Shown here: in pieces, positions 22,849 to 32,982 of the stretch | Layout of the letters: each line of letters begins with the position of its first letter | Position numbering within the stretch: the first letter of the stretch is position 1 | DNA from: an uncultured bacterium | GTDB lineage: Bacteria > Patescibacteriota > Minisyncoccia > Moranbacterales > UBA2206 | Direction: 5' to 3' | DNA: 64,000 bases | NCBI GenBank assembly: GCA_903841185.1 | Contig: CAIMIV010000012.1 | Location: forward strand, 86 to 64,085 | Position numbers and translations under genes: made by a program | The notes under the pieces: model-generated | What the model saw: the letters and a program-made list of their open reading frames with translations, nothing else | Told to the model about the DNA's origin: nothing | Databases searched by the model: none

Positions 22849-22906
22849 CTTTTCTGGTCCGCCACTTTTCCCATCGGGGAGCATCGCGGAAATTTTAAAA
22901 TTTTAA

Positions 22907-23575
22907 TTATTCCAATTCCGGTGCACTTGTCTTAGTTGCATCGGTAGTTTTTTTGGCTTCCACTTTTTGAGTGCGCAGAGCTTGGATGTCTGGGCGCACC
23001 GTAGTCAGCATATATTTGCGAATGTCCATGGCGTCCGCGTGCACCAGTTGCAAAGAAGTTCTCGCCTCGGCCAATTTTCCCTTGAATTCACCGTCCGTTT
23101 TTCCGCAAGCATAATTTTTTGTCTCACCTAGTGTGGTCATTTGAGCCGCTCTATCGGTAGAAAATTTTTGAATTTTTGTTTTTAGTATTTCCAAATCTGC
23201 TTTCACCTTAGCCGTGTCATAACCTTCTCCCGAAAGTCTTTCAATAAATTTGGAAACTCTCGTTGCCATATTCTGATACACCTCCATGTGATTTTCTTTT
23301 CCCGCTTCCATATTTCCCATGCGATTTTGAATTCTTTCTTGGATTTTGGCACATCGCTGAGTCAGCATCTCTTCTTTTTTCTGCTGTATATCAACTCGCC
23401 CGGATTCTTTTTGTCTCAGTTTGTCTTGCATCGAACCATAGGCCGCTTTTTTTGTGGCATCCGTGCCAGCCACTGTGTTAGTGGTGGTCAGCGCAGTGGA
23501 ATCATTGTTTGCCCAGGCGATGCCAGAAACAGAGAGGGATGCCAGCACTGCCATGATTAGTAGATTTTTTTTCAT
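22907..23575 (-). CDS. Secreted coiled-coil protein (paralog of 25860-26816)
   Basis: Signal peptide 'MKKNLLIMAVLASLSVSGIAWA'. The C-terminal ~130 aa align with the 25860-26816 ORF (CxKIQE...ETK..CG..GEF..LAEA...VH.D..DIR.Y). Confidence 0.55.
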   Translation of the reverse strand: MKKNLLIMAVLASLSVSGIAWANNDSTALTTTNTVAGTDATKKAAYGSMQDKLRQKESGRVDIQQKKEEMLTQRCAKIQERIQNRMGNMEAGKENHMEVYQNMATRVSKFIERLSGEGYDTAKVKADLEILKTKIQKFSTDRAAQMTTLGETKNYACGKTDGEFKGKLAEARTSLQLVHADAMDIRKYMLTTVRPDIQALRTQKVEAKKTTDATKTSAPELE

Positions 23576-23618
23576 AGTTTTTTTATTAAAAAAATTAATT
23601 AATTATCCGGCCCATTCC

Positions 23619-24410
23619 TTACTTTTTAATGTGGATGGTGCCGACACTTATATTCTTATGGATATCTTCACTATGAATAGATTTGCTACCGCCATAAACT
23701 GTCTCCTGTTTATTATCTTCCAGTACTCGAGCGGTTTCGCCATTGACCATAAAACTGGAATGAGCCGCCCCATCCTGTTGTTCATGAGCCTGATTGACAC
23801 CCGTGGTTTCTGGCGTCGCCAACCCTCCACCCAGTTCATATCCCACCCCTTCCCGTACATGCACCACATCCAAACCTTTTAGACCATCTTGTTCCTCATT
23901 ATTGGCATCCAAGACGCTCACCGATTCCGTATCCGGATTCTCCTCCGACATGTGCGTGATTGCAACAGGTACGCCTTTGTCCGCACGCGCCTCCTGTGCA
24001 ACTGCACCCCCCAACACAATCAGCACGGAAGCAGCAATCATAGCGGCTTCCAGGGGCGATTTTATGGAGGCCCATAACATAATTTGTCCGCCGAATTGCT
24101 TAAGTTTGCCCGTTGTCCACAAATCCCCCTTCATAAAACCCATGGGAATTTTTTCGATGGTTTTGGTCACGATATCCTCGGCGTCCTCCGGGGTGATGGT
24201 TTCATAAAATGACAACATCTCTTCCGCGCTGATACCCATCATGCTTTCTATCTTGGCCAGCTCCGCTTCTACCTGCTCAGCTTTCTGAAACAGCGCCTCT
24301 TTTTCTTCCGGATTGGCTGTGCCTTCTATTTGATTATTAATAACCTCAAGGTCTCGCGTATTATTTTTCAAATCTTCTGATGAAACTACCCCTCTCATTT
24401 CCTCAAACAT
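23619..24410 (-). CDS. Hypothetical protein with central hydrophobic segment
   Basis: 263-aa ORF. No recognised domain. Confidence 0.45.
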   Translation of the reverse strand: MFEEMRGVVSSEDLKNNTRDLEVINNQIEGTANPEEKEALFQKAEQVEAELAKIESMMGISAEEMLSFYETITPEDAEDIVTKTIEKIPMGFMKGDLWTTGKLKQFGGQIMLWASIKSPLEAAMIAASVLIVLGGAVAQEARADKGVPVAITHMSEENPDTESVSVLDANNEEQDGLKGLDVVHVREGVGYELGGGLATPETTGVNQAHEQQDGAAHSSFMVNGETARVLEDNKQETVYGGSKSIHSEDIHKNISVGTIHIKK

Positions 24411-24573
24411 AAAATTTATTTTTTCTTTTTATTATTTATTGTTTATTACTTGTATTATACCACAAAAATTCTGTTTGCAAAAAAAGAAAAAAGCCCTTAT
24501 TTATCGGGCTTTTTTGCAAATTACTTTTTCCTAATTTCATCCATCGCCAGCGGCATGAATTTTTTCAAGACTT

Positions 24574-25527
24574 TCATAATTTCAAGAGGTAAAGTCTTTC
24601 ATTTACAATTTGTTGTTCTGGATATAATTCAGCTCTAGCATGCCTATATAATAAATATTTTGTCAATAATTTTCCGATGCTGTCTACTTGATTAAAATAT
24701 TCTTCAGAGAAAAATTTAATACTTTGCCCTGCTGCACCTTCAAAACCTCCAAGCTTTTCTAAATTAGATACTAGTGCGCTAACAACCACATTCACAATTG
24801 CATTAACAGAAGATATGCCAAAATTCATAATCAATATTTTCTTATATGATTCACCTTTGCTGATTGCATTCAATTTGAACATTTCATCCTTAATCTTACT
24901 ATAAGAGAAACTGGAAGTTCCATACTGATCCAAATAGATAAACCAAAAATATCTTAACTTTATATCCAGATAATAAAAATATACATACAAAGCAATTGGA
25001 CCGACAACGACAAGGTCTGCGATGGAAACTATGACTAAAAATTCAATGTTTTGTTTTATCCCCACAAGAAAACAAATAACGATAACCCCAAAATAGAAAA
25101 CAAATCCCATAAAATAATAATTAAAAAATAATTTTATTTTAATTTTCATTACTGGAATAAAAATATTTTTTGCTATTGTAAAACTTTCTTTGTCAGATAT
25201 ATTTTCTTTGTCGAAAAAAGAATCAATCCATATTACCTTTTCAATAAAAAACAACATCCTCATAAAATATATATACATCAGACAAAATGCTCCCCAAATA
25301 AGAATCCACGCAATAACTATGAATATAGTCATGCCAGAACTTGTAGAATCAATATTCTCATTTCCATTAATAATCTTTAAAATTGGAAAAGAAAAAAATA
25401 AGATTAAAAATGGCCAAGTTAGTAAAATCACTCTCTTGAAAAGGGAGCTCTTTCTTTTATATATAAACTGTGCTATCTCCTTTGTTATGGATAAATAACT
25501 CGGGGAAGCGTTGATTACCTTCTTCAT
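24574..25527 (-). CDS. Polytopic membrane protein (hypothetical)
   Basis: 317-aa ORF with several predicted hydrophobic helices. Confidence 0.45.
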   Translation of the reverse strand: MKKVINASPSYLSITKEIAQFIYKRKSSLFKRVILLTWPFLILFFSFPILKIINGNENIDSTSSGMTIFIVIAWILIWGAFCLMYIYFMRMLFFIEKVIWIDSFFDKENISDKESFTIAKNIFIPVMKIKIKLFFNYYFMGFVFYFGVIVICFLVGIKQNIEFLVIVSIADLVVVGPIALYVYFYYLDIKLRYFWFIYLDQYGTSSFSYSKIKDEMFKLNAISKGESYKKILIMNFGISSVNAIVNVVVSALVSNLEKLGGFEGAAGQSIKFFSEEYFNQVDSIGKLLTKYLLYRHARAELYPEQQIVNERLYLLKL

Positions 25528-25551
25528 TATATCAAGGTAGGTTTTTAATAG

Positions 25552-25824
25552 TTACAATCCCAGTTCAACATCTGAAAGACTAGCCTTATCAAGATCAATA
25601 TCGGGTATAGAATTTAAATCACTCTCAATCGCATCAATATCAGCATCATTTGATGATGGCGATATTACTACTTGATTATTTATATTTGTCGCAGGCTGAA
25701 CAATACTCGTTGAATTTTCTGCTTTCATTATTTGTTTATTACCTTTCAGAACAACCGCAACCACGAGGATAATTGCAATTATAGCTATACCAACGAGCGC
25801 TGTGATGATTTTTTTATTTTTCAT
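25552..25824 (-). CDS. Small single-TM protein (hypothetical)
   Basis: 'MKNKKIITALVGIAIIAIILVVAVVL' N-terminal TM helix. Confidence 0.4.
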   Translation of the reverse strand: MKNKKIITALVGIAIIAIILVVAVVLKGNKQIMKAENSTSIVQPATNINNQVVISPSSNDADIDAIESDLNSIPDIDLDKASLSDVELGL

Positions 25825-25859
25825 TTTTTTTAATTACCATAAATTTAGAAGGTTAATTT

Positions 25860-26816
25860 TTATTCAATAACCACCGCGTCATTTGTGTTATTAATTGTGC
25901 TTCCTTCTTTTGATGTTTGTGCTTTTAAATCTTTAATATCCACAAAGATTGTTTCATGCACATAAGTTCTAATGTCAGCAGAATCATCATGAACAATTTT
26001 CAAAAATTCCTTAGCCTCTGCTAAAGATTCCCTAAATTCACCCTCTGAATGTCCACAAGTAATTGTTTTGGTTTCTTTCAACTTTATTGTATACGCAATG
26101 TAATCATCGCTAAATTTATCAATTTTTGTCTGCAGCTCAACTGCATGATTTTTTATTACAATAGTATCTAGCTTCATCTCATCAAAGCGAGCAATAAATT
26201 TATTGATCCTGCCAACTAGATTTGCGTAAACTTGTGTATACTTGGTGCTTATATTATCAAAATTATTAGTTTTTTCCTGCACTTTTTCTTGAATTTTAGC
26301 ACATTTTTCTTCGGTAAATTTTTCTTTAAATTTACCGGTAAAATCATCTTTCACTTGTTTTAATTTTGCCAATGATTCCTGCCTGCTCATCTTCCATTGC
26401 GCCCTCTCTTTGGCTATAATACCAAGCTTTGGATCCCCTATAGCAACTACTTTCTTTGGAGCAACAGCTGCCTCGCATAAGTTATTTGATCCATCGTAAC
26501 TTTTAAGACTTTTGCAATATTTATCACATTTAGTCTTTTCATATCCCTGTGAAGAACAAAAAGTATTAACTTTTCCATTATAATATTTAATCTGTATTTT
26601 ATTAATCTCATTGTCATTTGAGTGTATATGTATTCTAGCCTGATAAACCGGGCTATTTGGATTGGTTGGATCAGTTCTTGGATTAATAGTATGATTATAT
26701 ACAGAATCAGAAATTGAGCTATAGCCACCTTGTGAATCATACCAGCCTCTTGACTCAAATGGAGACAAAAAAATTAACATAAACAGCATACCCCATATTT
26801 TCTTCATTTTTCTCAT
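25860..26816 (-). CDS. Secreted protein, paralog of 22907-23575
   Basis: Signal peptide and a shared C-terminal domain with 22907-23575. Confidence 0.55.
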   Translation of the reverse strand: MRKMKKIWGMLFMLIFLSPFESRGWYDSQGGYSSISDSVYNHTINPRTDPTNPNSPVYQARIHIHSNDNEINKIQIKYYNGKVNTFCSSQGYEKTKCDKYCKSLKSYDGSNNLCEAAVAPKKVVAIGDPKLGIIAKERAQWKMSRQESLAKLKQVKDDFTGKFKEKFTEEKCAKIQEKVQEKTNNFDNISTKYTQVYANLVGRINKFIARFDEMKLDTIVIKNHAVELQTKIDKFSDDYIAYTIKLKETKTITCGHSEGEFRESLAEAKEFLKIVHDDSADIRTYVHETIFVDIKDLKAQTSKEGSTINNTNDAVVIE

Positions 26817-26834
26817 TTTAATTAATTATTTTAA

Positions 26835-28151
26835 TTACTTCCTACGAATTTCATCCATCGCCAGCGGCATGAATTTTTTCAACACTTCCGGAATTTTGAC
26901 GCTGCCATCGGCTTGTTGATGATTTTCCAGAATGGCAATGAAAATGCGCGGACTAGGTAGAGCAGTGTTGTTGAGCATATAGACATATTGTTTATGGCCT
27001 TCCTTGTCGGCATATTTCACGTTCAATCGGCGCGCTTGCCAATCGGTGAAGATGCTGGCGGATCCGGTTTCCCCATAGCGCTGCATGCCCGGCATCCACG
27101 CTTCCAAATCATATTGGCGATATTTGCCGGCTCCCAGATCGCCGGTGCAAATTGCCAGCTGCCGGTAAGGTAATCCCAACTCTTCGTGCATCTCGCGCGA
27201 AATGGCCACCATTTCGTCTTGCAGTCTTTCCGCCTCTTTGTTGTCCGCTCCACATAAAATCACTTGTTCCACTTTCATAAATTCGTGCACCCGATACATG
27301 CCTTTGGTATCCCTGCCATAACTGCCAATTTCACTGCGATAGCATTGGGAATAGCCGCACATGCGCAAGGGCAATTGTTCTTCGCGCAAAACTTCATCAG
27401 AATAATAAGCCAACAGAGACGGCTCGGCTGTGCCAACTAAAAATTTCTTATCCTTGCTCACTTCACCGGTCGCCTCTTTTTCAGAAGTAGCCACTTGATA
27501 GATTTCATCTATTTCCGGATTATATTCCAAGCCTTTGAAATAGCCACTGCCAAACAAAGAAAATTCTTTCACCAGAGTTGGCACAATCATCGGCGCATAG
27601 CCGCGCGTCATCATTTTGTTAATGGCATACATCATAAACCCCATCATCAAAGACACGCCTTCGTTTTTCACATAGTAGCCACGATAGCCGGCCACTTTAG
27701 CACCCTTCTCCAAATCCAAAATATCCAAATCTCGGCCCAACTGAATATGATCCTTAGGCACGAAATCGAACGTAGGAATATTATTGCTATTATAGACTTC
27801 CACATTCTCCTCCTCGCCCTTGCCAAGTGGGGTGTCCGGTGAACAGGGCGCCGGCACTTTCACCATCAAGCTTTCAAAGGCATACTTGACTTTTCGGTAT
27901 TCCGGTTCCAAATTCGCCATCTTTTCTTTCACTTCTTTTCCGCGCGCAATCACCTGAGCCTTATCCGTGGCCGTCTTCATTTCCTCATTCAGTTTGTTTT
28001 TCTCCGCACTCAAGATTTCCATTTCCTGCAGCAAAGCCACCCGCTTTTCATCCGCGGCCAAAAGAGCGTCCAAATCCAAATCAATTTTTTTGTCTTGAAT
28101 AGTTTTTTTAATTAACTCCGCATTTTCCCGAATAAATTTGATATCTAACAT
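26835..28151 (-). CDS. serS: Seryl-tRNA synthetase
   Basis: N-terminal coiled-coil arm (MLDIKFIRENAELIKK...) and a class II aaRS core with motif-2/3-like segments. 438 aa. Confidence 0.9.
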   Translation of the reverse strand: MLDIKFIRENAELIKKTIQDKKIDLDLDALLAADEKRVALLQEMEILSAEKNKLNEEMKTATDKAQVIARGKEVKEKMANLEPEYRKVKYAFESLMVKVPAPCSPDTPLGKGEEENVEVYNSNNIPTFDFVPKDHIQLGRDLDILDLEKGAKVAGYRGYYVKNEGVSLMMGFMMYAINKMMTRGYAPMIVPTLVKEFSLFGSGYFKGLEYNPEIDEIYQVATSEKEATGEVSKDKKFLVGTAEPSLLAYYSDEVLREEQLPLRMCGYSQCYRSEIGSYGRDTKGMYRVHEFMKVEQVILCGADNKEAERLQDEMVAISREMHEELGLPYRQLAICTGDLGAGKYRQYDLEAWMPGMQRYGETGSASIFTDWQARRLNVKYADKEGHKQYVYMLNNTALPSPRIFIAILENHQQADGSVKIPEVLKKFMPLAMDEIRRK

Positions 28152-28307
28152 AGTTTTTCATCTGTCATTCCGACCTTGAGCCGGAATCCACACCAACTAG
28201 ATCCTGAATTAAATTCAGGATGACATTCTTTTTTAATTACATACTTAGTCTATAGCATTTTGCCTAAAAAATAAAGCTTAGCTCTATTGTGTAATAAGTT
28301 TTATGGC

Positions 28308-30227
28308 TTACGTGTTCGAATTTTTAGTTTCATCAATGAGGGCTCGCACACCGGCCAAATCCACGTTCGGTTTGGTTTTTTGCGGTTTGAATTTTTTCGG
28401 AGCGATGTGTGTCATTTGCGATAAACTCATTGATTTTCCCGGAATGGCATGACTGACTAGTTGTGGTTCGTTGGGAATCACTTTCTCCGCTACCGGTGCG
28501 ACTTGGATTGGATTCCTGGGAACATAGCTAGGGGGCGCCACTTGCTTTTCCGCCTCCACTTTTTTTCTGGCGACCATTCGTTGATGCTCTTTCAAACATT
28601 CTCGACAGAAGGCCGGACGAGCCGGGTCGGGTTTGAAAGGCACCGTGATGCTTTCTTCACACACCGAACAAACAGCGGAAAACATTTCTTTTGGAGCTTC
28701 ACTCTTTTTTTCTACCACGACTTCACTCCTAGTTTCTGACTGAGATACTATTTTTTTTGTCTCAAGAATAGTCGTCTCCCGAGGCAAGGTTCTCGTCACG
28801 CTTGGAACAACTGCTTTATTAAAAACATCCTGCTCTCGGATAATCTTATGTTCCACCGGCGCCGGCGCATCTTCCTGCAATTCCACATCATCCATATCAT
28901 CCGTCTCTTCCCTTCCGCCGGCCGGAGCTTCCTTGAACACTTCCATTCCGCTCCACCGCGCAATACGATCCTCCACTTCTGCTTTTGGCCTACCATATCT
29001 TTCTCGCGTGACTCGAATGATTGTTTCTTCGTTCCCGATAGTCTCTGTTAAATCCAGTGGCGGCAAAGTAGTGGCAGAAAAAGCATCCCCTGCCACGCCA
29101 TCAATCATTAGTTTCAAATAAATATTATATTTCGTCAGATTTACAATGTCATTCATCATAAAGACCGGTTCAAATTCCTTCTCCAAATGCTCGGCATCCT
29201 CCGCCCCCACGCGAAAAGACACAATGGTGCCCACATTGCCGAAAACCGCGTCCCGCACCGTAGCATTGCCGTCAAAAATTAATTGGTTGATATATTGATG
29301 CGCCAGAATCAAATTGAGGCGATATTTTCTGGCTTCCGAAAGAATATTGGCAAAAGATTCTGTGGCAAAATTTTGGAATTCATCTACGTATAAATAGAAA
29401 TCTTTTCTCTGCGCTTCCGGCATCGTCACCCGACCCATGGCCGCTAATTGAATTTTGGTGATAATCATGCCTCCCAACAGCCGCATAGAATCTTCTCCGA
29501 TCCTTCCTTTGCTCAAATTGATAATCAATATTTTTTGGTTGTCCATAATCTCAGTCATATCAATCGTTGATTTGGCTTGTCCGACAATGTGGCGAATGAC
29601 AGAAGAAGAGAGAAATTGCCCAACCTTGTTCTGAATAGCCGCCACCGCCTCTTTCCGAAACTTATCCTCCCACTTATCAAACTCATTCAACCAAAAAGCT
29701 TTCACCACCGGATCTTTGATTTTTGGATACACCCGCTTGCGATAGTCCTTGTCATTCATCATGCGGTTCACGCCCAGCATGGTGGATCCGGGATAATCCA
29801 AAAGAGCCAGAATAGTATTATTCAAAATATATTCCATCCTGGCACTCCACACATCCGGCCAGATTTTTTTGAACACCCCCATCATGCCTGACGCCACTAG
29901 ATTTTTTTTGTCATCCGCCACTGACTCCAAAATATTGAAAGCCAAAGGAAATTCCGCATCCGACGGATTGAAATAGACTACGTCATTTACCCGATTGGCC
30001 GGAACCGCTTGCAACATTTTTTCCGCAAACTCACCATGAGGATCCACCACACACACGCCTTCACCATTGCGAATATCCTGGATGGCCATGTTTTCCAACA
30101 GATTAGATTTTCCCATACCGGTTTTTCCGATGACATACATATGTCTGGTGCGGTCATCCCTCTTGATTCCAAAAACTCTTTCCTGATTTCTAAAATTAGT
30201 TTTGGCAAAAAAATTTATCTCTGGCAT
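28308..30227 (-). CDS. P-loop NTPase of the FtsK/HerA/TraG-like (AAA_10/DUF87-type) kind, with C-terminal CxxC...CxxC zinc ribbon
   Basis: Walker A 'GKTGMGKS' near the N-terminus and Walker B 'LYVDEFQ'. C-terminal 'CSVCEES...FCRECLKEH'. Confidence 0.55.
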   Translation of the reverse strand: MPEINFFAKTNFRNQERVFGIKRDDRTRHMYVIGKTGMGKSNLLENMAIQDIRNGEGVCVVDPHGEFAEKMLQAVPANRVNDVVYFNPSDAEFPLAFNILESVADDKKNLVASGMMGVFKKIWPDVWSARMEYILNNTILALLDYPGSTMLGVNRMMNDKDYRKRVYPKIKDPVVKAFWLNEFDKWEDKFRKEAVAAIQNKVGQFLSSSVIRHIVGQAKSTIDMTEIMDNQKILIINLSKGRIGEDSMRLLGGMIITKIQLAAMGRVTMPEAQRKDFYLYVDEFQNFATESFANILSEARKYRLNLILAHQYINQLIFDGNATVRDAVFGNVGTIVSFRVGAEDAEHLEKEFEPVFMMNDIVNLTKYNIYLKLMIDGVAGDAFSATTLPPLDLTETIGNEETIIRVTRERYGRPKAEVEDRIARWSGMEVFKEAPAGGREETDDMDDVELQEDAPAPVEHKIIREQDVFNKAVVPSVTRTLPRETTILETKKIVSQSETRSEVVVEKKSEAPKEMFSAVCSVCEESITVPFKPDPARPAFCRECLKEHQRMVARKKVEAEKQVAPPSYVPRNPIQVAPVAEKVIPNEPQLVSHAIPGKSMSLSQMTHIAPKKFKPQKTKPNVDLAGVRALIDETKNSNT

Positions 30228-30279
30228 ACTGTTATTTTTTTAAATACTTACTCTTTTTTTAAATTATAAAATATAAACT

Positions 30280-31518
30280 CTATTCAATAGGCAAATTGAA
30301 TGGCGGCGTGCCTTTTTTCGATTCTACTCTCGGCACGGCTGGCGTGATAACCCCCATATCCGGAAAATGATAGATGGTAGCAAATTCCGTAGTAGAAAGA
30401 GCCACAGTATTTCCATCCGTGTTACGCTTACGATAGCGGTTAAACAATCTTCTTTTCATCGTTTGCGCTCTGGCATCCGTCGCAATGAAATGAGCGGTGG
30501 TCTTTGTATTATCAGGGCGAAGATTGTTGGAGTTCAAATCATTGAATTGGCGCAATACTCCGAAAAAAATAGTTGGCAAAGCTCCATCAAAATTTTCTCG
30601 CTTTCCCACACTTAAAAATCTCATCTTGACCTTATAGAAATTCTTGCTTAGATTCGTCTCCAAACCTTTCAACGTTTCACTCTCCATGGGAGTAAGACGA
30701 AAAGCCAAAGGTTGATCACTTTTTTTGGCCGTAGTGGCAAATTCCACCGGTCCCCACAAGCCTGCAAAAATATTACTGAGCACATCCAGAAAATCATCCA
30801 ATATAGTTCTTTTATCCCCAGTGTCCCGCCCCGCCAACTTCTGCACCTGTTTCATCTGTTCCTTTCGCCAGGTCTCAGGCAAAGGAGAGACAACCATCTG
30901 CCACAGCAAATTTTGTCCCGGAGAAATAGACGCAAAGAGTTCCAGAAAACCGGCCATCGGGTCAACCATGGTACCGGTGATGTCTTCCTCAAACTTATCA
31001 TAGGTGCGGATGGGGAAAGGGTCAGGCTGTGACAAGATAATATCCGATCCCCAAGCATCCCAATCTTTATTAGGTATCACCAGAGGAAACTTCTTGATAT
31101 AATCATCCACCTCAAAAACTTCCGCCCCCGGATATTGGGCATACACCTGACTCTCCACTAATGTCTTCAGTTTTTTCTGCACTCGGATGTAATAATGAAT
31201 TTCTCCACCCAGACTCACCAGTTCAAAGCTAAACTTGTCTGTATATTTCCCTTGTAACCATTCCTCGAAACAATTGAAAGTCACCACCACACCGCTCAGG
31301 GCCATAAAAATCACTTCCATAGGCTTAGGACCACGCTCCAGTTCGTTTGGTGGGATAACCTCCAACATAGTCCATTCCAAGCTGTTTGCCCAAGTATCCT
31401 TTATAAAGTCCGCCCAGGCTACTTTGAAAAGATAATAAAAAGCCACCGGCAAGATAATCCACCACAATTGGGAGAAAGGTTGCCAGAGGCTTTTTAATAT
31501 TTCGATATAAGTATTCAT
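30280..31518 (-). CDS. Hypothetical membrane-anchored protein, co-oriented with the upstream NTPase
   Basis: N-terminal TM helix (LWWIILPVAFYYLF). 412 aa. A 50-nt gap separates it from the NTPase gene. Confidence 0.45.
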   Translation of the reverse strand: MNTYIEILKSLWQPFSQLWWIILPVAFYYLFKVAWADFIKDTWANSLEWTMLEVIPPNELERGPKPMEVIFMALSGVVVTFNCFEEWLQGKYTDKFSFELVSLGGEIHYYIRVQKKLKTLVESQVYAQYPGAEVFEVDDYIKKFPLVIPNKDWDAWGSDIILSQPDPFPIRTYDKFEEDITGTMVDPMAGFLELFASISPGQNLLWQMVVSPLPETWRKEQMKQVQKLAGRDTGDKRTILDDFLDVLSNIFAGLWGPVEFATTAKKSDQPLAFRLTPMESETLKGLETNLSKNFYKVKMRFLSVGKRENFDGALPTIFFGVLRQFNDLNSNNLRPDNTKTTAHFIATDARAQTMKRRLFNRYRKRNTDGNTVALSTTEFATIYHFPDMGVITPAVPRVESKKGTPPFNLPIE

Positions 31519-31580
31519 TTTATTTTAAATATTTGTCGTTGCAAATTTACTCTTTTTGTTTGGATGGGATGGTGCTAAAT

Positions 31581-32639
31581 TTATTTCTTAAGCCCATATC
31601 TATTATCCTGTTTCACGAATTCTTTTTTATTATTCAAATTTATCATCACCGTGGTTTTTTTTACTTGTCTGGATTTAGCAATTTCTTCCAGCAACTCTTC
31701 TTTTGTCATCGCGTGGCCGCTCTTTTCCAATATTCTCTTGATCACCTCTTTGATTGTTCCCGGCACATAACCCCATTCCCGCAACGCATACGTTCCTCTG
31801 CCGATAAGCACAAAACGATCATCTTTTATCAGCTCGTTATGCACTGTTTGGATATGTGATTTTCTTTTGCCGATTCCAAAGGCATCAATGGATTTGGTAA
31901 TTTCCGTAAAATGCAAGGGCTTCTTTTCTTCCTTCAAAATAAGGTAGATTCTTTCTCTGGTTCCTTTGGGATTTATTTCCATCCAATGAGAAAACCCCCA
32001 TTTGCCAAATTTATTTTCGGATATTTCATTCAGAACATCCAAGAAACTGAGAATCTTATTTTTTGTCATTTCCGGATGAGCCTTGGTTATCTTCTCTACA
32101 ACCTCAGTGTCACTAAGTGGCACTTTGCTGAGAGAAAAAACATCTTTGGCTATCTTGGAAAAATTTTCTACTTCTCCTAGAATATCTCTTGAGACTGCCC
32201 ATGATTTTCTCAATAATTCCTTATTTTTAATTTCCATTATTCTATTCGAACAAAGAGCAAAAAAAGCAATAGCTCTTTCCTCCTTCAGATTTCCTGCAGC
32301 CAATTTTTCCAATAAATACTCTTCACTTATTATACCATCTCTTTTGGATATTTCCAAAATAATTTTTTCTTCCGCCAATTTGAAAACCTCCGCATCAGCC
32401 ATCTTGGAAACCTTTTTGATGGAATCGGAAATTATTTGCCGGACGCGTTCGCGCGTTATCTGATAGTCGCTGCCTATTTTTTCCAGTGTTTCTAGCTCTC
32501 CACTGGCCAAGCCATATCTTTTTTTCAAGATTTCTTGTGAACGCTGCGGCAAATGAGTCAAGATCGCATTCGCCAACCCTAAGAAAGTCTGTTTGACCTG
32601 CTTAGAGATTTTTTTAGTTGTCATGTTTGCTTTTTCCAT
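31581..32639 (-). CDS. Sigma-70 region-4-like HTH domain protein with C-terminal extension
   Basis: 'LPQRSQEILKKRYGL...LEKIGSDYQITRERVRQIISDSIKKV' matches the sigma-70 region 4.2 consensus. Confidence 0.5.
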   Translation of the reverse strand: MEKANMTTKKISKQVKQTFLGLANAILTHLPQRSQEILKKRYGLASGELETLEKIGSDYQITRERVRQIISDSIKKVSKMADAEVFKLAEEKIILEISKRDGIISEEYLLEKLAAGNLKEERAIAFFALCSNRIMEIKNKELLRKSWAVSRDILGEVENFSKIAKDVFSLSKVPLSDTEVVEKITKAHPEMTKNKILSFLDVLNEISENKFGKWGFSHWMEINPKGTRERIYLILKEEKKPLHFTEITKSIDAFGIGKRKSHIQTVHNELIKDDRFVLIGRGTYALREWGYVPGTIKEVIKRILEKSGHAMTKEELLEEIAKSRQVKKTTVMINLNNKKEFVKQDNRYGLKK

Positions 32640-32808
32640 ATGTAAATACTTAATTTTTTACTTCAAGCCATATTATCACATAATGGATATATTTGTCAAG
32701 GGCTTGTGGATTCTTGTCAAAATTATTCTTAAACTGCCTACTTTTTCGTCCTAATTGACTAACTAAAAAATCCCCTTTCGGGGATTTCACTTGTGCGCCC
32801 ACCAGGAC

Positions 32809-32950
32809 ATCTCACTCGCTTCGCTCTCAATAGGGCTTCCCTGCCTACCGGCAGGCAGGCGCCCTCTTGCCCTCCTCATTCTTCGTCGGTCACCCCCAAC
32901 GGGCACCTCCCGGTTCCCGACCCCTCCCCTGTCCTCGTCCTGGCGGGCCA
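32809..32950 (-). other. Anomalously GC-rich (~70%) 140-nt non-coding segment closed by a CCAGGAC/GTCCTGG helix and ending in a copy of the tRNA-Lys 3' end
   Basis: Composition contrasts sharply with the ~40% GC surroundings. Contains a CCTGCC-GGTA-GGCAGG hairpin. Flanked on both sides by near-identical AAATCCC(C)-GNNA-(G)GGGATTTTTT terminator-like hairpins at 32765-32787 and 32954-32974. Confidence 0.4.
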
Positions 32951-32982
32951 AGCAAAAAATCCCTCGCGGGATTTATATAATG

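Noticed and set aside
24450-24638. 62-aa + strand ORF across the serS-fragment duplicate
   Set aside because: It crosses a terminator hairpin and a duplicated fragment and overlaps the 3' end of the 24574-25527 gene. It is not credible as a gene.
32809-32982. tmRNA, SRP RNA or RNase P identity for the GC-rich element next to tRNA-Lys
   Set aside because: No tag-peptide reading frame with a terminal 'ALAA'-type codon run is present. No SRP domain IV 'GGAAG..CAGC' motif or RNase P P4 consensus was found by eye. At ~140 nt it is too short for tmRNA or RNase P. It is kept as an unknown structured-RNA candidate.
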